A DNA stretch of 43,465 nt from an uncultured Gammaproteobacteria bacterium (GTDB taxonomy: Bacteria; Patescibacteriota; Patescibacteriia; Magasanikbacterales; GWA2-37-8): positions 3,652 to 47,116 of the forward strand of contig CAZPCV010000003.1 in NCBI GenBank assembly GCA_964585245.1, written 5' to 3'. Below are positions 8,975 through 18,122 of this stretch, piece after piece. Within the stretch, counting starts at the first letter, position 1. Every line of letters begins with the position of its first letter. The notes under the pieces are model-generated. The model made no database searches. It was not told the origin of the DNA and saw nothing but the letters and a program-made list of their open reading frames with translations. Both the position numbers and the translations under genes were made by a program.

Positions 8975-9236
8975 GTACCCTCCTCCTTGGTACGAGTTAT
9001 GGGACAATCAAAATTAAATTTTTTATGTTATTTCGTAAATAAAAACAAAAATAACTAAAAATAATAGCATACTACTGCTATTTTGTCAATCTAATTACAG
9101 CAATTCAACTCAATTTTAATCTATTTAAAATTAGCCCTTTTATTCAATTTTTATATATTAAAAGACTTGAATTTTTTCTTCTTCTAACGGTATAATAACT
9201 GCTAATACGATTTTTTGTCTTATATTTTGAAAATCT

Positions 9237-9929
9237 ATGAAACAGACTTCTTCTGATACCTCTGCCATAAAAAAGATGTTACACCGCTTCGCACTTTGGA
9301 TGGGTGTTATCGCCCTACTTGGCCTCGCTTTGTACGGCATAATGCGCCTCGGCGCCGGGTCGCGCAGCGGAGCAACTGTAAATGGTGATGCGACTATTCC
9401 GGCGGTCAACGCCCAAGACTGGACCATGGGCAGCAGCATTGCCAAATTAACCCTGGTCGAGTATTCCGATTTTCAATGCCCGGCTTGTGCCAGCTACGAA
9501 CCGCTCTTGAAGGAGTTGCAAAAACAATATGCGGGCACCGTTTTGTTCGCGTATCGTCACTTTCCACTTCCTCAACATGGCAATGCGATGGCGACGGCGA
9601 TTGCAGCCGAAGCAGCCGGGAAACAGGGTAAATTCTGGCCGATGCACGATCTGTTATTCAGCACGCAAAATAGCTGGTCCAACAGCAGTAAAACTGATGA
9701 ATTATTTGCCGGGTATGCCGGGCAACTCGGCCTCAATGTAGATCAATTCAAAAAAGATCTGTCTGACCCGTCCACCAAAGCCGAAGTGACTGCCGACCAA
9801 ACGAGCGGTGAACAATCAGGGGTTAACAGCACTCCAACATTCTTTTTGGATGGCAAACAAATATCCCCTAACCCGATCAATCTAGAGGAGTTTAAAAACC
9901 TGATTGATTCCGCTCTCGTTACCAAGTAA
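9237..9929 (+). CDS. DsbA-like thioredoxin-fold oxidoreductase, second copy
   Basis: TM anchor, YSDFQCPAC, FAYRHFPL and GVNSTPTFFLDG. It is a paralog of 6937-7698. Confidence 0.85.
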   Translation: MKQTSSDTSAIKKMLHRFALWMGVIALLGLALYGIMRLGAGSRSGATVNGDATIPAVNAQDWTMGSSIAKLTLVEYSDFQCPACASYEPLLKELQKQYAGTVLFAYRHFPLPQHGNAMATAIAAEAAGKQGKFWPMHDLLFSTQNSWSNSSKTDELFAGYAGQLGLNVDQFKKDLSDPSTKAEVTADQTSGEQSGVNSTPTFFLDGKQISPNPINLEEFKNLIDSALVTK

Positions 9930-9940
9930 ATTTAAATCGC

Positions 9941-10402
9941 ATGAAAATTAATCTTAAAAAAATTTTTATCGGCGGACTCTTATTATTTGGCTTACTAGGA
10001 TTTTTGGATGCCGGCTTTTTAACCATCGAGCATTTCCGTGGCGAGATTCCGCCTTGCACCATTACGCACGGCTGCGAACAAGTGACTACCAGCCCTTACT
10101 CTTTCATTTTCGGCATCCCCGTGGCTCTCTTGGGGCTCATGTACTATACGTCGGTACTTCTTGGTACTGTGCTTTACCTGGATATTAGAGACGAAAAAAT
10201 CTTGCGCGTACTTGCCCACTATACCATCATCGGATTTCTCTTTTCGCTGTGGTTTACCTTTTTGCAAGCCTTTGTTATCCGGGCCTGGTGCCAATATTGT
10301 TTATTCTCGGCGTTTACTTCTACTTCTTTGTTTATTTTTGGGCTTATTTATTCCAATTATCGAACAAAGAGCCTAACAGAACGCGTGAAAGACACTCTGT
10401 AG
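9941..10402 (+). CDS. vitamin K epoxide reductase (VKOR) family protein
   Basis: Four-TM protein with the loop cysteine pair PPCTITHGC and the CxxC motif (WCQYC) in the last helix. It sits directly downstream of a DsbA-like gene. Confidence 0.85.
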   Translation: MKINLKKIFIGGLLLFGLLGFLDAGFLTIEHFRGEIPPCTITHGCEQVTTSPYSFIFGIPVALLGLMYYTSVLLGTVLYLDIRDEKILRVLAHYTIIGFLFSLWFTFLQAFVIRAWCQYCLFSAFTSTSLFIFGLIYSNYRTKSLTERVKDTL

Positions 10403-10414
10403 TTTTTTATCTGT

Positions 10415-11266
10415 ATGAATAAACAGCTGCTGGCTATTCAGCGCAATGAACTGACCGAATATTGGATTTATAAAAAAATCGCTTGCATCGTGAAAGAGCC
10501 CCATAACCGGGCCATCATCGAGCGGTTAGCGGCGCAAGAATATCAACACCATGAATTGTGGCGCTCCATTACAGGGCAAGAGGTAAAACCAAACACCCTG
10601 CATATTTGGTTTTATTATCTGGTGACGCGACTATTGGGATTAAGTTTCGGGCTTAAATTGATGGAAAAAGGAGAAAAATTGGCCATAGGGCTCTATGAGC
10701 GTTTGCAAAGTGACTATCCGCAAATTGCTACCATGTTGCGCGACGAACAGGATCACGAACAGGCGATTTTGGGCATGATTGATAACCGGGAGCTTGCTAA
10801 TGTGAGTGCCATGATCCTGGGGCTCAATGACGCAATCGTGGAAATCACCGGGGCGCTGGCGGGTTTGACACTGGCTCTTGGCACTACCTCGCTTATCGCC
10901 CGGGTTGCTCTCATTACCGGGCTAGCCGCATCGCTGTCGATGGCAATTTCCTCGTATCTATCAGCCGAGGCCGAGCCAGAGAAAAAAGAAAAATCGATAC
11001 GCCTAGGGCTTACCACGGGCGCGGCTTATAGCATCGCGGTTGTTCTACTGGTTACGCCGTATTTTTTTATCACCAATGTGTTCGCGGCTTTAACAACGTC
11101 GATCATCACCGCCGTCATTATTATTATAGCTTTTAATGCTTACACCTCGGTTTCTCGCCAAGAGCCGTTTGGCAAAAAAACGGTACAAATGCTGGTGCTT
11201 AGCCTGGGTGCGGCGGCTATTAATTTTGGCTTGGGCTTTGTCGTGAAACGTTATTTTGGTGTTTAA
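10415..11266 (+). CDS. ferritin-like domain fused to a VIT1/CCC1-type iron transporter
   Basis: The N-terminal region is ferritin/rubrerythrin-like (ERLAAQEYQHHELW, DEQDHEQAI). The C-terminal VIT1-like TM region includes GLNDAIVEITGALAGL. Confidence 0.75.
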   Translation: MNKQLLAIQRNELTEYWIYKKIACIVKEPHNRAIIERLAAQEYQHHELWRSITGQEVKPNTLHIWFYYLVTRLLGLSFGLKLMEKGEKLAIGLYERLQSDYPQIATMLRDEQDHEQAILGMIDNRELANVSAMILGLNDAIVEITGALAGLTLALGTTSLIARVALITGLAASLSMAISSYLSAEAEPEKKEKSIRLGLTTGAAYSIAVVLLVTPYFFITNVFAALTTSIITAVIIIIAFNAYTSVSRQEPFGKKTVQMLVLSLGAAAINFGLGFVVKRYFGV

Positions 11267-11372
11267 AATTGACAATCGCTGCGGCTTCCCCTACCATTCC
11301 TAGAGGGATTAAGACTGTACTATACAAGCATAATATTTATTAATGATTTGTTAAATCTAATCTAGTACTCAT

Positions 11373-11960
11373 ATGAATGAACTCGCTGTCAACAAACTGC
11401 CCTTAATCGGACAAAACGTGCCTGATCTTACGATGGAAGTTTTTCAAAATGAAGGGGTCCGAAAAATTAAATTGTCAGACTACCTGGGAAAATGGCTAAT
11501 TTTGTTTTTTTACCCTGCTGATTTCACGTTTGTCTGCCCTACCGAACTCGAAGAAATGGATGGATTGTACGAAGAATTTAAGAAATTAAACGCCGAAGTA
11601 ATCAGCATCAGCCGCGATACCGTCTTCGTGCACAAAGCCTGGCACGATAATTCTCCGGCTATTAAAAACATCACTTTCCCAATGGGGGCAGATCCGACCG
11701 GTAAAATTTGCCGTGAATTCGGCACACTCATCGAGCACGAGGGTTTGTCACTGCGCGGCACCTTCATTATCGATCCGGACGGCGTTTTAAAGGCGTTTGA
11801 AGTCAACGACAATTCTATCGGACGTAATGCCGAAGAATTACTACGCAAACTCCAGGCGGCCCAATATGTTCGTGAACATGGTGGCGAAGTTTGCCCGGCC
11901 AAATGGAAGCCAGGCGCCAAAACCTTAAAACCAGGAATGGATTTAGTGGGCAAAATTTAA
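11373..11960 (+). CDS. typical 2-Cys peroxiredoxin (AhpC/Prx1 type)
   Basis: FFYPADFTFVCPTELE holds the peroxidatic Cys and GEVCPAKW the resolving Cys. Confidence 0.92.
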   Translation: MNELAVNKLPLIGQNVPDLTMEVFQNEGVRKIKLSDYLGKWLILFFYPADFTFVCPTELEEMDGLYEEFKKLNAEVISISRDTVFVHKAWHDNSPAIKNITFPMGADPTGKICREFGTLIEHEGLSLRGTFIIDPDGVLKAFEVNDNSIGRNAEELLRKLQAAQYVREHGGEVCPAKWKPGAKTLKPGMDLVGKI

Positions 11961-11965
11961 ATTGA

Positions 11966-11988
11966 GGAGTTAGGATTTAGGAGTTAGC
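11966..11988. repeat. left arm of the 23-nt inverted repeat bracketing the IVS-type gene
   Basis: GGAGTTAGGATTTAGGAGTTAGC. Its reverse complement matches 12368-12390 at 22 of 23 positions. Confidence 0.85.
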
Positions 11989-12006
11989 TGATAGCGGTAA
12001 TTTACT

Positions 12007-12356
12007 ATGAATTCTTACAAAGATTTAATTGTTTGGCAAAAAGCAATTGAATTAGTAGTGGATATTTATACTCTAACTGACCAGTTTCCTAAATCTGAAT
12101 TATATGGATTAACTTCTCAAATGCGTCGAGCGGCCGTTTCAATACCCGCCAATATCGCTGAGGGAGGAGACGAGGATCCAAAAAAGAATTCCATCAATTT
12201 ATCATTATTGCTTTTGGCTCTGGTTCTGAATTAGAGACTCATATAGAAATCTCAAAACGATTATTATTTGGTAAAAATTTTGATTACTCTAAAATCGATA
12301 ATAATCTTAATCAAATAATGCGTATGCTTAATAAACTAACTATTACTTTAACTTAA
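12007..12356 (+). pseudogene. four-helix-bundle protein (23S rRNA intervening-sequence protein family), frameshifted
   Basis: The N-terminal half is MNSYKDLIVWQKAIELVVDIYTLTDQFPKSELYGLTSQMRRAAVSIPANIAEG. The family-typical continuation RRRGSKKEFHQFIIIAFGSGSELETHIEISKRL... is in another frame from about 12163-12168 and ends at the TAA at 12354-12356. Confidence 0.75.
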
Positions 12357-12367
12357 TTATTCTACAA

Positions 12368-12390
12368 GCTAATTCCTAAATCCTAACTCC
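12368..12390. repeat. right arm of the 23-nt inverted repeat
   Basis: GCTAATTCCTAAATCCTAACTCC, complementary to 11966-11988 with one mismatch. Confidence 0.85.
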
Positions 12391-12397
12391 TTACACT

Positions 12398-12979
12398 ATG
12401 TATACTGCTCAAAACTACGACCGGCTCATTGGCACGCCTGGCTTTAGTGAAAAACTTCTTACTACGCACTTTACGCTCTACCAGGGTTACGTGACGAACA
12501 CGATTAAACTCTCCGATCAATTACGCACACTGCTTGATAGCGATATGGCTTCCGCCCCGGAATACGCGGAGTTGACACGCCGCTTTGGCTGGGAATTCAA
12601 CGGCATGCGTTTGCATGAATATTATTTTGATAACATGATTTCTGGCGGCAACCAACTTGCTACTGGAACTCCATTACAAACGGTTTTGGCCAAACAATTC
12701 GGCACCTTTGAAAACTGGCAAAAAGATTTTGTCGCCACTGGCGCCATGCGTGGTATTGGTTGGGCGATTTTGTATTACGATCCCATGGGCGACCGTTTTT
12801 TCAATTGCTGGGTGAATGAACATGATATGGGCCATCTGGCTGGCTGTGTACCCTTACTCGTAATGGATGTCTTCGAACATGCCTTTATTATCGATTACGG
12901 CACCAAACGCGCTGATTATATCCAGGCGTTTTTGAAAGCGATAGATTGGAAAAAAGTGGAAGAACGATTGTCTAAGTAA
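12398..12979 (+). CDS. Fe/Mn-family superoxide dismutase
   Basis: Candidate ligand positions are THFTLYQGYV, MRLHEYYF and DVFEHAFIIDY (a variant of the D-x-W-E-H-A-Y motif). Confidence 0.85.
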   Translation: MYTAQNYDRLIGTPGFSEKLLTTHFTLYQGYVTNTIKLSDQLRTLLDSDMASAPEYAELTRRFGWEFNGMRLHEYYFDNMISGGNQLATGTPLQTVLAKQFGTFENWQKDFVATGAMRGIGWAILYYDPMGDRFFNCWVNEHDMGHLAGCVPLLVMDVFEHAFIIDYGTKRADYIQAFLKAIDWKKVEERLSK

Positions 12980-13018
12980 TCACTCACTTCTAAGTCAAAA
13001 TTTCTTTAATTCTAAAAC

Positions 13019-13699
13019 ATGACTCATTCTTTCGGAAAAATTTTTCCCCTCTTGGGAATATTGCTGCTTTTGGCGGCTTTTGTAATCGGATTCAAGACTT
13101 TGCAACAGGTAAACACCAGCCTGTCCGCTAAAGGCACAGTGGCTGATATTCTTTCCGATGATTCGCGTCATTCCGGCAAAGCGCTGATTACATTTACCAC
13201 TCTAACTGGCGAACAAGCAGAATTTTATGCTACAAATTGGCTAAAAAGTAAATATTCTATTGGCGACACAGTGGATGTTTTGTACCAGCCGGGAGCCTTG
13301 CCAAACGGCAGAGTAAATTCTTTCTTTTCTCTATATTTATTGCCAGCTATTTTAGCCATGATCGGTCTTGATCTCCTAATTTTTTCGTTTATACTCAATC
13401 ACTCACAGCAAAATTTATTAGAAAGAAAAAAATTAGTACAAACCGGTCAAAGCATCAATGCTACCTATCAGAATTTTCGTGCTACCTCTTACCGCGGATC
13501 ACTGTCTCCAGCACGCTACTACGCCGAAGCGAACTGGACCGATGAATCTACCCAAAAAAAATATTATTTCACTAGCGAATCCGTGGTCGCCGAAGAAATA
13601 AATACCTTAAAAAACGGCCAAAATGTTATAGTCTATATTGATCCTAAAAATCCAAAACACTATTATTTTGATCTACAAAATACCTTACACAACCAATAA
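13019..13699 (+). CDS. DUF3592-like membrane protein
   Basis: TM helix, beta-rich segment (GTVADILSDD...ITFTTLTGEQAEF...GDTVDVLYQP), second TM helix, then an extra C-terminal domain. Confidence 0.5.
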   Translation: MTHSFGKIFPLLGILLLLAAFVIGFKTLQQVNTSLSAKGTVADILSDDSRHSGKALITFTTLTGEQAEFYATNWLKSKYSIGDTVDVLYQPGALPNGRVNSFFSLYLLPAILAMIGLDLLIFSFILNHSQQNLLERKKLVQTGQSINATYQNFRATSYRGSLSPARYYAEANWTDESTQKKYYFTSESVVAEEINTLKNGQNVIVYIDPKNPKHYYFDLQNTLHNQ

Positions 13700-13720
13700 C
13701 CACTTGCTAAATTTTTCGAC

Positions 13721-13748
13721 AAAAAATCGACCATGCGGTCGATTTTTT
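13721..13748. terminator. bidirectional terminator between convergent genes
   Basis: AAAAAA, TCGACC (13727-13732), ATGC loop, GGTCGA (13737-13742), then TTTTTT. Confidence 0.7.
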
Positions 13749-13756
13749 ATTATCCT

Positions 13757-15679
13757 TTATTCCCAATCTTCGCAGACCGCTCGCAGTTCTTTCAGCCCAA
13801 CACTATTTACGCTCATATCGGTAATCAAGCTTAAATCCATTACGCCATAACCTGTAATCGGGCCGATCTCACCTTTACCGGTAAGTACTTTTGAATACTC
13901 ACCAGGCTGTGAAACAATAAACCGATCTTTTGCATACTGCAAATCGTACGAAGCATACCAGCTAAAAGCGCCCCCTCGGCACGGATTCCACTTGGTCGTA
14001 GCTCTTTGACTATTGGGCAGCACTGCCGATGGCAGCGTAAAACACTCCGGCCCATGACAAATAATTTTAGCTTTATCTGGCGAACATGTAGTTCTTATGG
14101 AAGTAAAGCCAGAACTTTTTGATTCCGTTGCCTCTAGCGAAGTAGGACATTTTATCATTAAATGAGTTATGCCCGTGCTGTAGCTTTGCATGGTAGAAGA
14201 AGAATTAACACTAGTAGTATACGCTTCCACTTTTAACGCTCCTACCGCAGTGCCAGTGGCCATACCATAACCAATCAAGGGCTGTCCGTTAACCACACCG
14301 TGATCACCCTCGAAAAAATTATAAAACGCTCTCCACTCATACGAACGCCAACACATTGGATCGATATCTTTTTGGGCAGAAAAGTTAGCCGGCAAAAAGG
14401 GTGATGGCCACTCAATAGGGAATACTTTAAATTCCCCTGGCAAAGAATCACTAGAACTATAGGCCCACACTTTGACAGGCAAATCCTTTCCAGAGGAAAC
14501 AAGCCCTTGGGCTGTTCCGGTACCGGTTAGCGATTGTCCGTTAATTTCGCCGCCATCACCCTGGGCAAACTGGTAGTCCGCTTGCCAACTATAACTTTGT
14601 CCGCCACACATCGTCGGCAAATCTTTATTATCATAAAATCTACTCGGCAATGGATTGGACCACGGCAGTGACAATTTATTGGTATTTGCTTTTTGCAACA
14701 CCGGGCTATTACAGCGCACTTTCATGTCTTGAATTCCGGGACTTCTTACCGAATCATTGGTACTAATACTAAAACGCATCGGCCCATACCCTTCGGCACT
14801 ATAGGTCTTTTCCCAACCGTTCAAAGTGATTACTTCTCCCTGGCCATAAATATAAATATAATCTGCATTTGGCTCCAGACTGTATTTAATAGTGTAAGAA
14901 AATGGTGAGCGCGGACACGGATCCCAGGCAGTTTCTTCACTCATGGCATTTACATAATTATTTCTAAGTGGGCTGTCGAAAAAAGCCGGATACTCTGAGT
15001 CGTAGACATTCCAAGTTTTGGGAAAACTAATTTCTCGATTATATATATAATCGAGCGTCCATTCACGCGTAAATTCGGGACGGGAAAATTGACCATTTTG
15101 ATTAACTCCAACCAATACGCTCCCGGCATTTCCAGTAGTGTAAATCGGGGAACCCGAATCTCCTGGCACAGAATACTCCCCACCTGGATAATTTAAAGCA
15201 AACTTATACTCATCATAAGATACCGGAATAGCATTAGCTTCACGTAAAATCTCATCGCCTCCGCGCCCTTGATGCAGCAACGTTTTACCCATTAACTCGT
15301 CGGAGGTGCCGGTATAAATACCCCTAATATACCCTGCGGTTGAGCTATTCATGCTAAAACCGTTTTGTAGATGAATAAGCCCATAATCATTGCCGGGGTG
15401 ATAGACAATAAAATCTGCCCACTGTTTTTGTTTTTCAAACGTCACAGACAAGGTTTCAAATGGCAATCGTCTGCTATATGTAAATAAGCCACAGTGACCA
15501 GCCGTTACTATCCAATCATTAGTTAAAAGGCTGCTAGAGCAATTATTCCAGGTAACCCCGCTCTTTTCTGGATTTGGAACAACGTTACCGTTGGCTATTG
15601 CCGAAGCAGGAGAAAGCGCTACACTTAAACCAAAAAACACCATTCCGACGAAGAATAGACGTAAAAAACTGTTTCTCAT
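13757..15679 (-). CDS. secreted trypsin-like serine protease with four C-terminal Cys-framed repeats
   Basis: Signal peptide, then catalytic triad motifs TAGHC, DYGLIHL and GDSGSPIY. Four modules of about 90-100 aa follow: C..SPFSYTIKY, CGGQSYSWQADYQF, CWRSYEWRAFYNFF and CRGGAFSWYASYDL. Three of the four end in ..V/I-x-C. Confidence 0.8.
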   Translation of the reverse strand: MRNSFLRLFFVGMVFFGLSVALSPASAIANGNVVPNPEKSGVTWNNCSSSLLTNDWIVTAGHCGLFTYSRRLPFETLSVTFEKQKQWADFIVYHPGNDYGLIHLQNGFSMNSSTAGYIRGIYTGTSDELMGKTLLHQGRGGDEILREANAIPVSYDEYKFALNYPGGEYSVPGDSGSPIYTTGNAGSVLVGVNQNGQFSRPEFTREWTLDYIYNREISFPKTWNVYDSEYPAFFDSPLRNNYVNAMSEETAWDPCPRSPFSYTIKYSLEPNADYIYIYGQGEVITLNGWEKTYSAEGYGPMRFSISTNDSVRSPGIQDMKVRCNSPVLQKANTNKLSLPWSNPLPSRFYDNKDLPTMCGGQSYSWQADYQFAQGDGGEINGQSLTGTGTAQGLVSSGKDLPVKVWAYSSSDSLPGEFKVFPIEWPSPFLPANFSAQKDIDPMCWRSYEWRAFYNFFEGDHGVVNGQPLIGYGMATGTAVGALKVEAYTTSVNSSSTMQSYSTGITHLMIKCPTSLEATESKSSGFTSIRTTCSPDKAKIICHGPECFTLPSAVLPNSQRATTKWNPCRGGAFSWYASYDLQYAKDRFIVSQPGEYSKVLTGKGEIGPITGYGVMDLSLITDMSVNSVGLKELRAVCEDWE

Positions 15680-15851
15680 ACATTTGTTAATTTAATTTAA
15701 CAAATTATCATATCACATTTTTTAGATTTAGTCAATCTCGAACGTTCCACAAAATGCTAGAGAATTAGTAAAAAAAATATCACTACCTTCAGGCACTGAT
15801 ATTTTTAAACCTCCTCTTCAATACAGCTACTATTTTTAGCGCATCCGACAG

Positions 15852-16898
15852 TTAAGGAGCCACAATTTTCCCATATAGTTTAGGCTTATTCGACAGACTT
15901 CCAAATTCTCCAGCTCCACACTCGCTAAACTTCCACGGTTCTTTGGCCGCGTTTGGCAAGGGTTCGAGCTCCGCAAAAAATTCTACTCTCTTATCAGGTG
16001 CCCCTTTAAATATAGGCAAAAGCGGCCCCTCCGAAGCCCCACTTAAAATTAACAACAAATCTGTTTCAGGGGTAAGCCCAACCAGAGCGGCATAGGTCCG
16101 CGCGCACTGCGCTTCTTGAGTGGCTAAACACGGACACGACACCAGATCTTTAGAAAGCAGCGTCCCTTGAATTTTTACCGGCACGTTCATTAATTCTGGG
16201 TGACTGGCAGCGCCACCGGCAAATGTATGGCTATTTACCACCGGCAAGGCGTTGGCCGTGCGGTGGCTCGTTACCGTGGCCGCCAGCATAAACCCCGGTA
16301 TTATGGCAGCGAACAACGAAAAAAATACAAGCGCTGGCGCAATGATATAGGGCTTGTCGGCTTTAATACGACGACGCAGAACATACCAGAAAAAAAGCCG
16401 TAACACCGGATACAAGACAGCCACAAAAAGCATCGCCTGCCCCGCAAACCAGGTGCGCACGAACGGGCACCCGGCCACGAGCGGATAGGTATAGTCGGGC
16501 AAATAAAACAAGCTAATTAAAAAAATATTCCACGCTTCGATAAAAATATACGAGGGATGATTGGAATAAAATTCATAGCGGCTGGCCGGGATAGCGGGAT
16601 TAGACATGATTAACGGGCCGGCCTTGAGGAGCGGACGATAAAAAAGAGTTTTTATTTTAGGACGGGCTATGTTTACGAGTATCCAAGCGTTAATTGCCAA
16701 AATAATAATCAACCCCACCCAATCACCCACGGTGAACTCCCAGGGCTTGCTCGCGCATTCAAACGCCCCTTGAGAAGCTTTCCAATCACCGTAATAGCTG
16801 CCAATCAGGGTACTAGCAATAAACTCAAAAAATAAAATTTCCACTAAACCCACGACTTTTTGCAAGTTTGTTACCGACCAATTTTTAAATAGGGTCAT
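15852..16898 (-). CDS. polytopic membrane protein with a C-terminal soluble domain, function unknown
   Basis: 348-aa ORF with several hydrophobic helices. No motif was recognised. Confidence 0.55.
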   Translation of the reverse strand: MTLFKNWSVTNLQKVVGLVEILFFEFIASTLIGSYYGDWKASQGAFECASKPWEFTVGDWVGLIIILAINAWILVNIARPKIKTLFYRPLLKAGPLIMSNPAIPASRYEFYSNHPSYIFIEAWNIFLISLFYLPDYTYPLVAGCPFVRTWFAGQAMLFVAVLYPVLRLFFWYVLRRRIKADKPYIIAPALVFFSLFAAIIPGFMLAATVTSHRTANALPVVNSHTFAGGAASHPELMNVPVKIQGTLLSKDLVSCPCLATQEAQCARTYAALVGLTPETDLLLILSGASEGPLLPIFKGAPDKRVEFFAELEPLPNAAKEPWKFSECGAGEFGSLSNKPKLYGKIVAP

Positions 16899-17039
16899 AT
16901 ACTTTTGTATTATAATACCATTCTAACACTTTTCTTTAGTCATTCCTAATGTCACTCATTGAAACATAATTGCGTCATCTGGATTCTTTGACTTATCTAT
17001 GATATTTTTCAAGATGAAATTATAATTTATCTTTCTGCT

Positions 17040-18119
17040 ATGTACACTTCGCTCCTGCGTCCTTTGTTATTCTCTCTTTTTTCTGATCCTGAAGATGCTC
17101 ATCGCTTGGTTATTTCTCTCATGCGTCATGGTTCTTTTTCTGCACTTTTAGCGATAGTCCGGCAGATATGCGAAGTGAAAGCTTCCGAACTTAAGCAGCA
17201 GGTATTCGGACTTTCTTTCTCTACCCCGCTTGGTCTAGCAGCTGGTTTTGACAAGCATGCCGAGGTGCTCAAAATGCTCGGCGCATTAGGGTTTGGGCAT
17301 ATCGAGGCCGGCTCTGTGACGGAGTATGCTCAACCAGGCAATCCCCGCCCCCGAATGTTTCGTCTGCCGCTCGATCAGGCGCTCATTAATCGCATGGGCT
17401 TCAACAATGATGGGGCAGAAAAAATGGCCCAGACACTTGCTGCGACCAGTGCATTATCCGGGCCGTTGGGGATCAGCCTTGGCAAATCAAAAATCACCCC
17501 TCTCGAAAAAGCGGCTGCTGACTATCTATTTAGTTTTCGCACGCTCTATAAGTACGGCAACTATTTTGCGATTAACGTAAGTTCGCCCAATACCCCAGGC
17601 TTACGCCAACTCCAAGACAAAGCAGCTCTAGAACAAATCGTACAGACACTACAAGCAGAAAATAAACTCCTGGCCCAGGGGCAACCGCTAAAACCACTGC
17701 TGGTTAAAATCGCTCCTGATCTTAGTTTTGACGCGATTGATGAGGTGGTAGCGGTCTGCCGCAAATATGCGGTGAGCGGAATTATTGCTACGAACACCAC
17801 CCTCAAACGCGACCAACTACATACTTCTATCGAAGAAACGGGCGGATTAAGTGGTCGACCGTTATTCGCGTCATCACTCGCGATCGTGCGTCATCTACAC
17901 AAGACTGCTCCAGAATTGCCTATTATCGGCGTAGGCGGCATTTTTTCGGCTGCAGATGCTTACGCCTTTATCAAGGCCGGGGCGCAACTGGTGCAGGCGT
18001 ATACTGGTTTTATCTACCAGGGCCCGCTGTTTGCCAAACACATTAACAAAGGCTTGCTCGCCCTCTTACGCCAAGACGGCTTTAAGCATATTAGCGAAGC
18101 GGTAGGCACCGAATCATAA
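17040..18119 (+). CDS. pyrD: dihydroorotate dehydrogenase, class 2 (quinone-dependent)
   Basis: N-terminal membrane-association extension, GLAAGFDK, GSVT...QPGNPRPRMFRL, INRMGFNN and NVSSPNTPGLR (the serine catalytic base typical of class 2). Confidence 0.92.
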   Translation: MYTSLLRPLLFSLFSDPEDAHRLVISLMRHGSFSALLAIVRQICEVKASELKQQVFGLSFSTPLGLAAGFDKHAEVLKMLGALGFGHIEAGSVTEYAQPGNPRPRMFRLPLDQALINRMGFNNDGAEKMAQTLAATSALSGPLGISLGKSKITPLEKAAADYLFSFRTLYKYGNYFAINVSSPNTPGLRQLQDKAALEQIVQTLQAENKLLAQGQPLKPLLVKIAPDLSFDAIDEVVAVCRKYAVSGIIATNTTLKRDQLHTSIEETGGLSGRPLFASSLAIVRHLHKTAPELPIIGVGGIFSAADAYAFIKAGAQLVQAYTGFIYQGPLFAKHINKGLLALLRQDGFKHISEAVGTES

Positions 18120-18122
18120 TCT

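Noticed and set aside
13760-14932. Diversity-generating retroelement target in the repeated C-terminal modules of the protease
   Set aside because: There is no reverse transcriptase and no nearby template repeat. The modules are divergent at the protein level rather than showing adenine-specific DNA differences.
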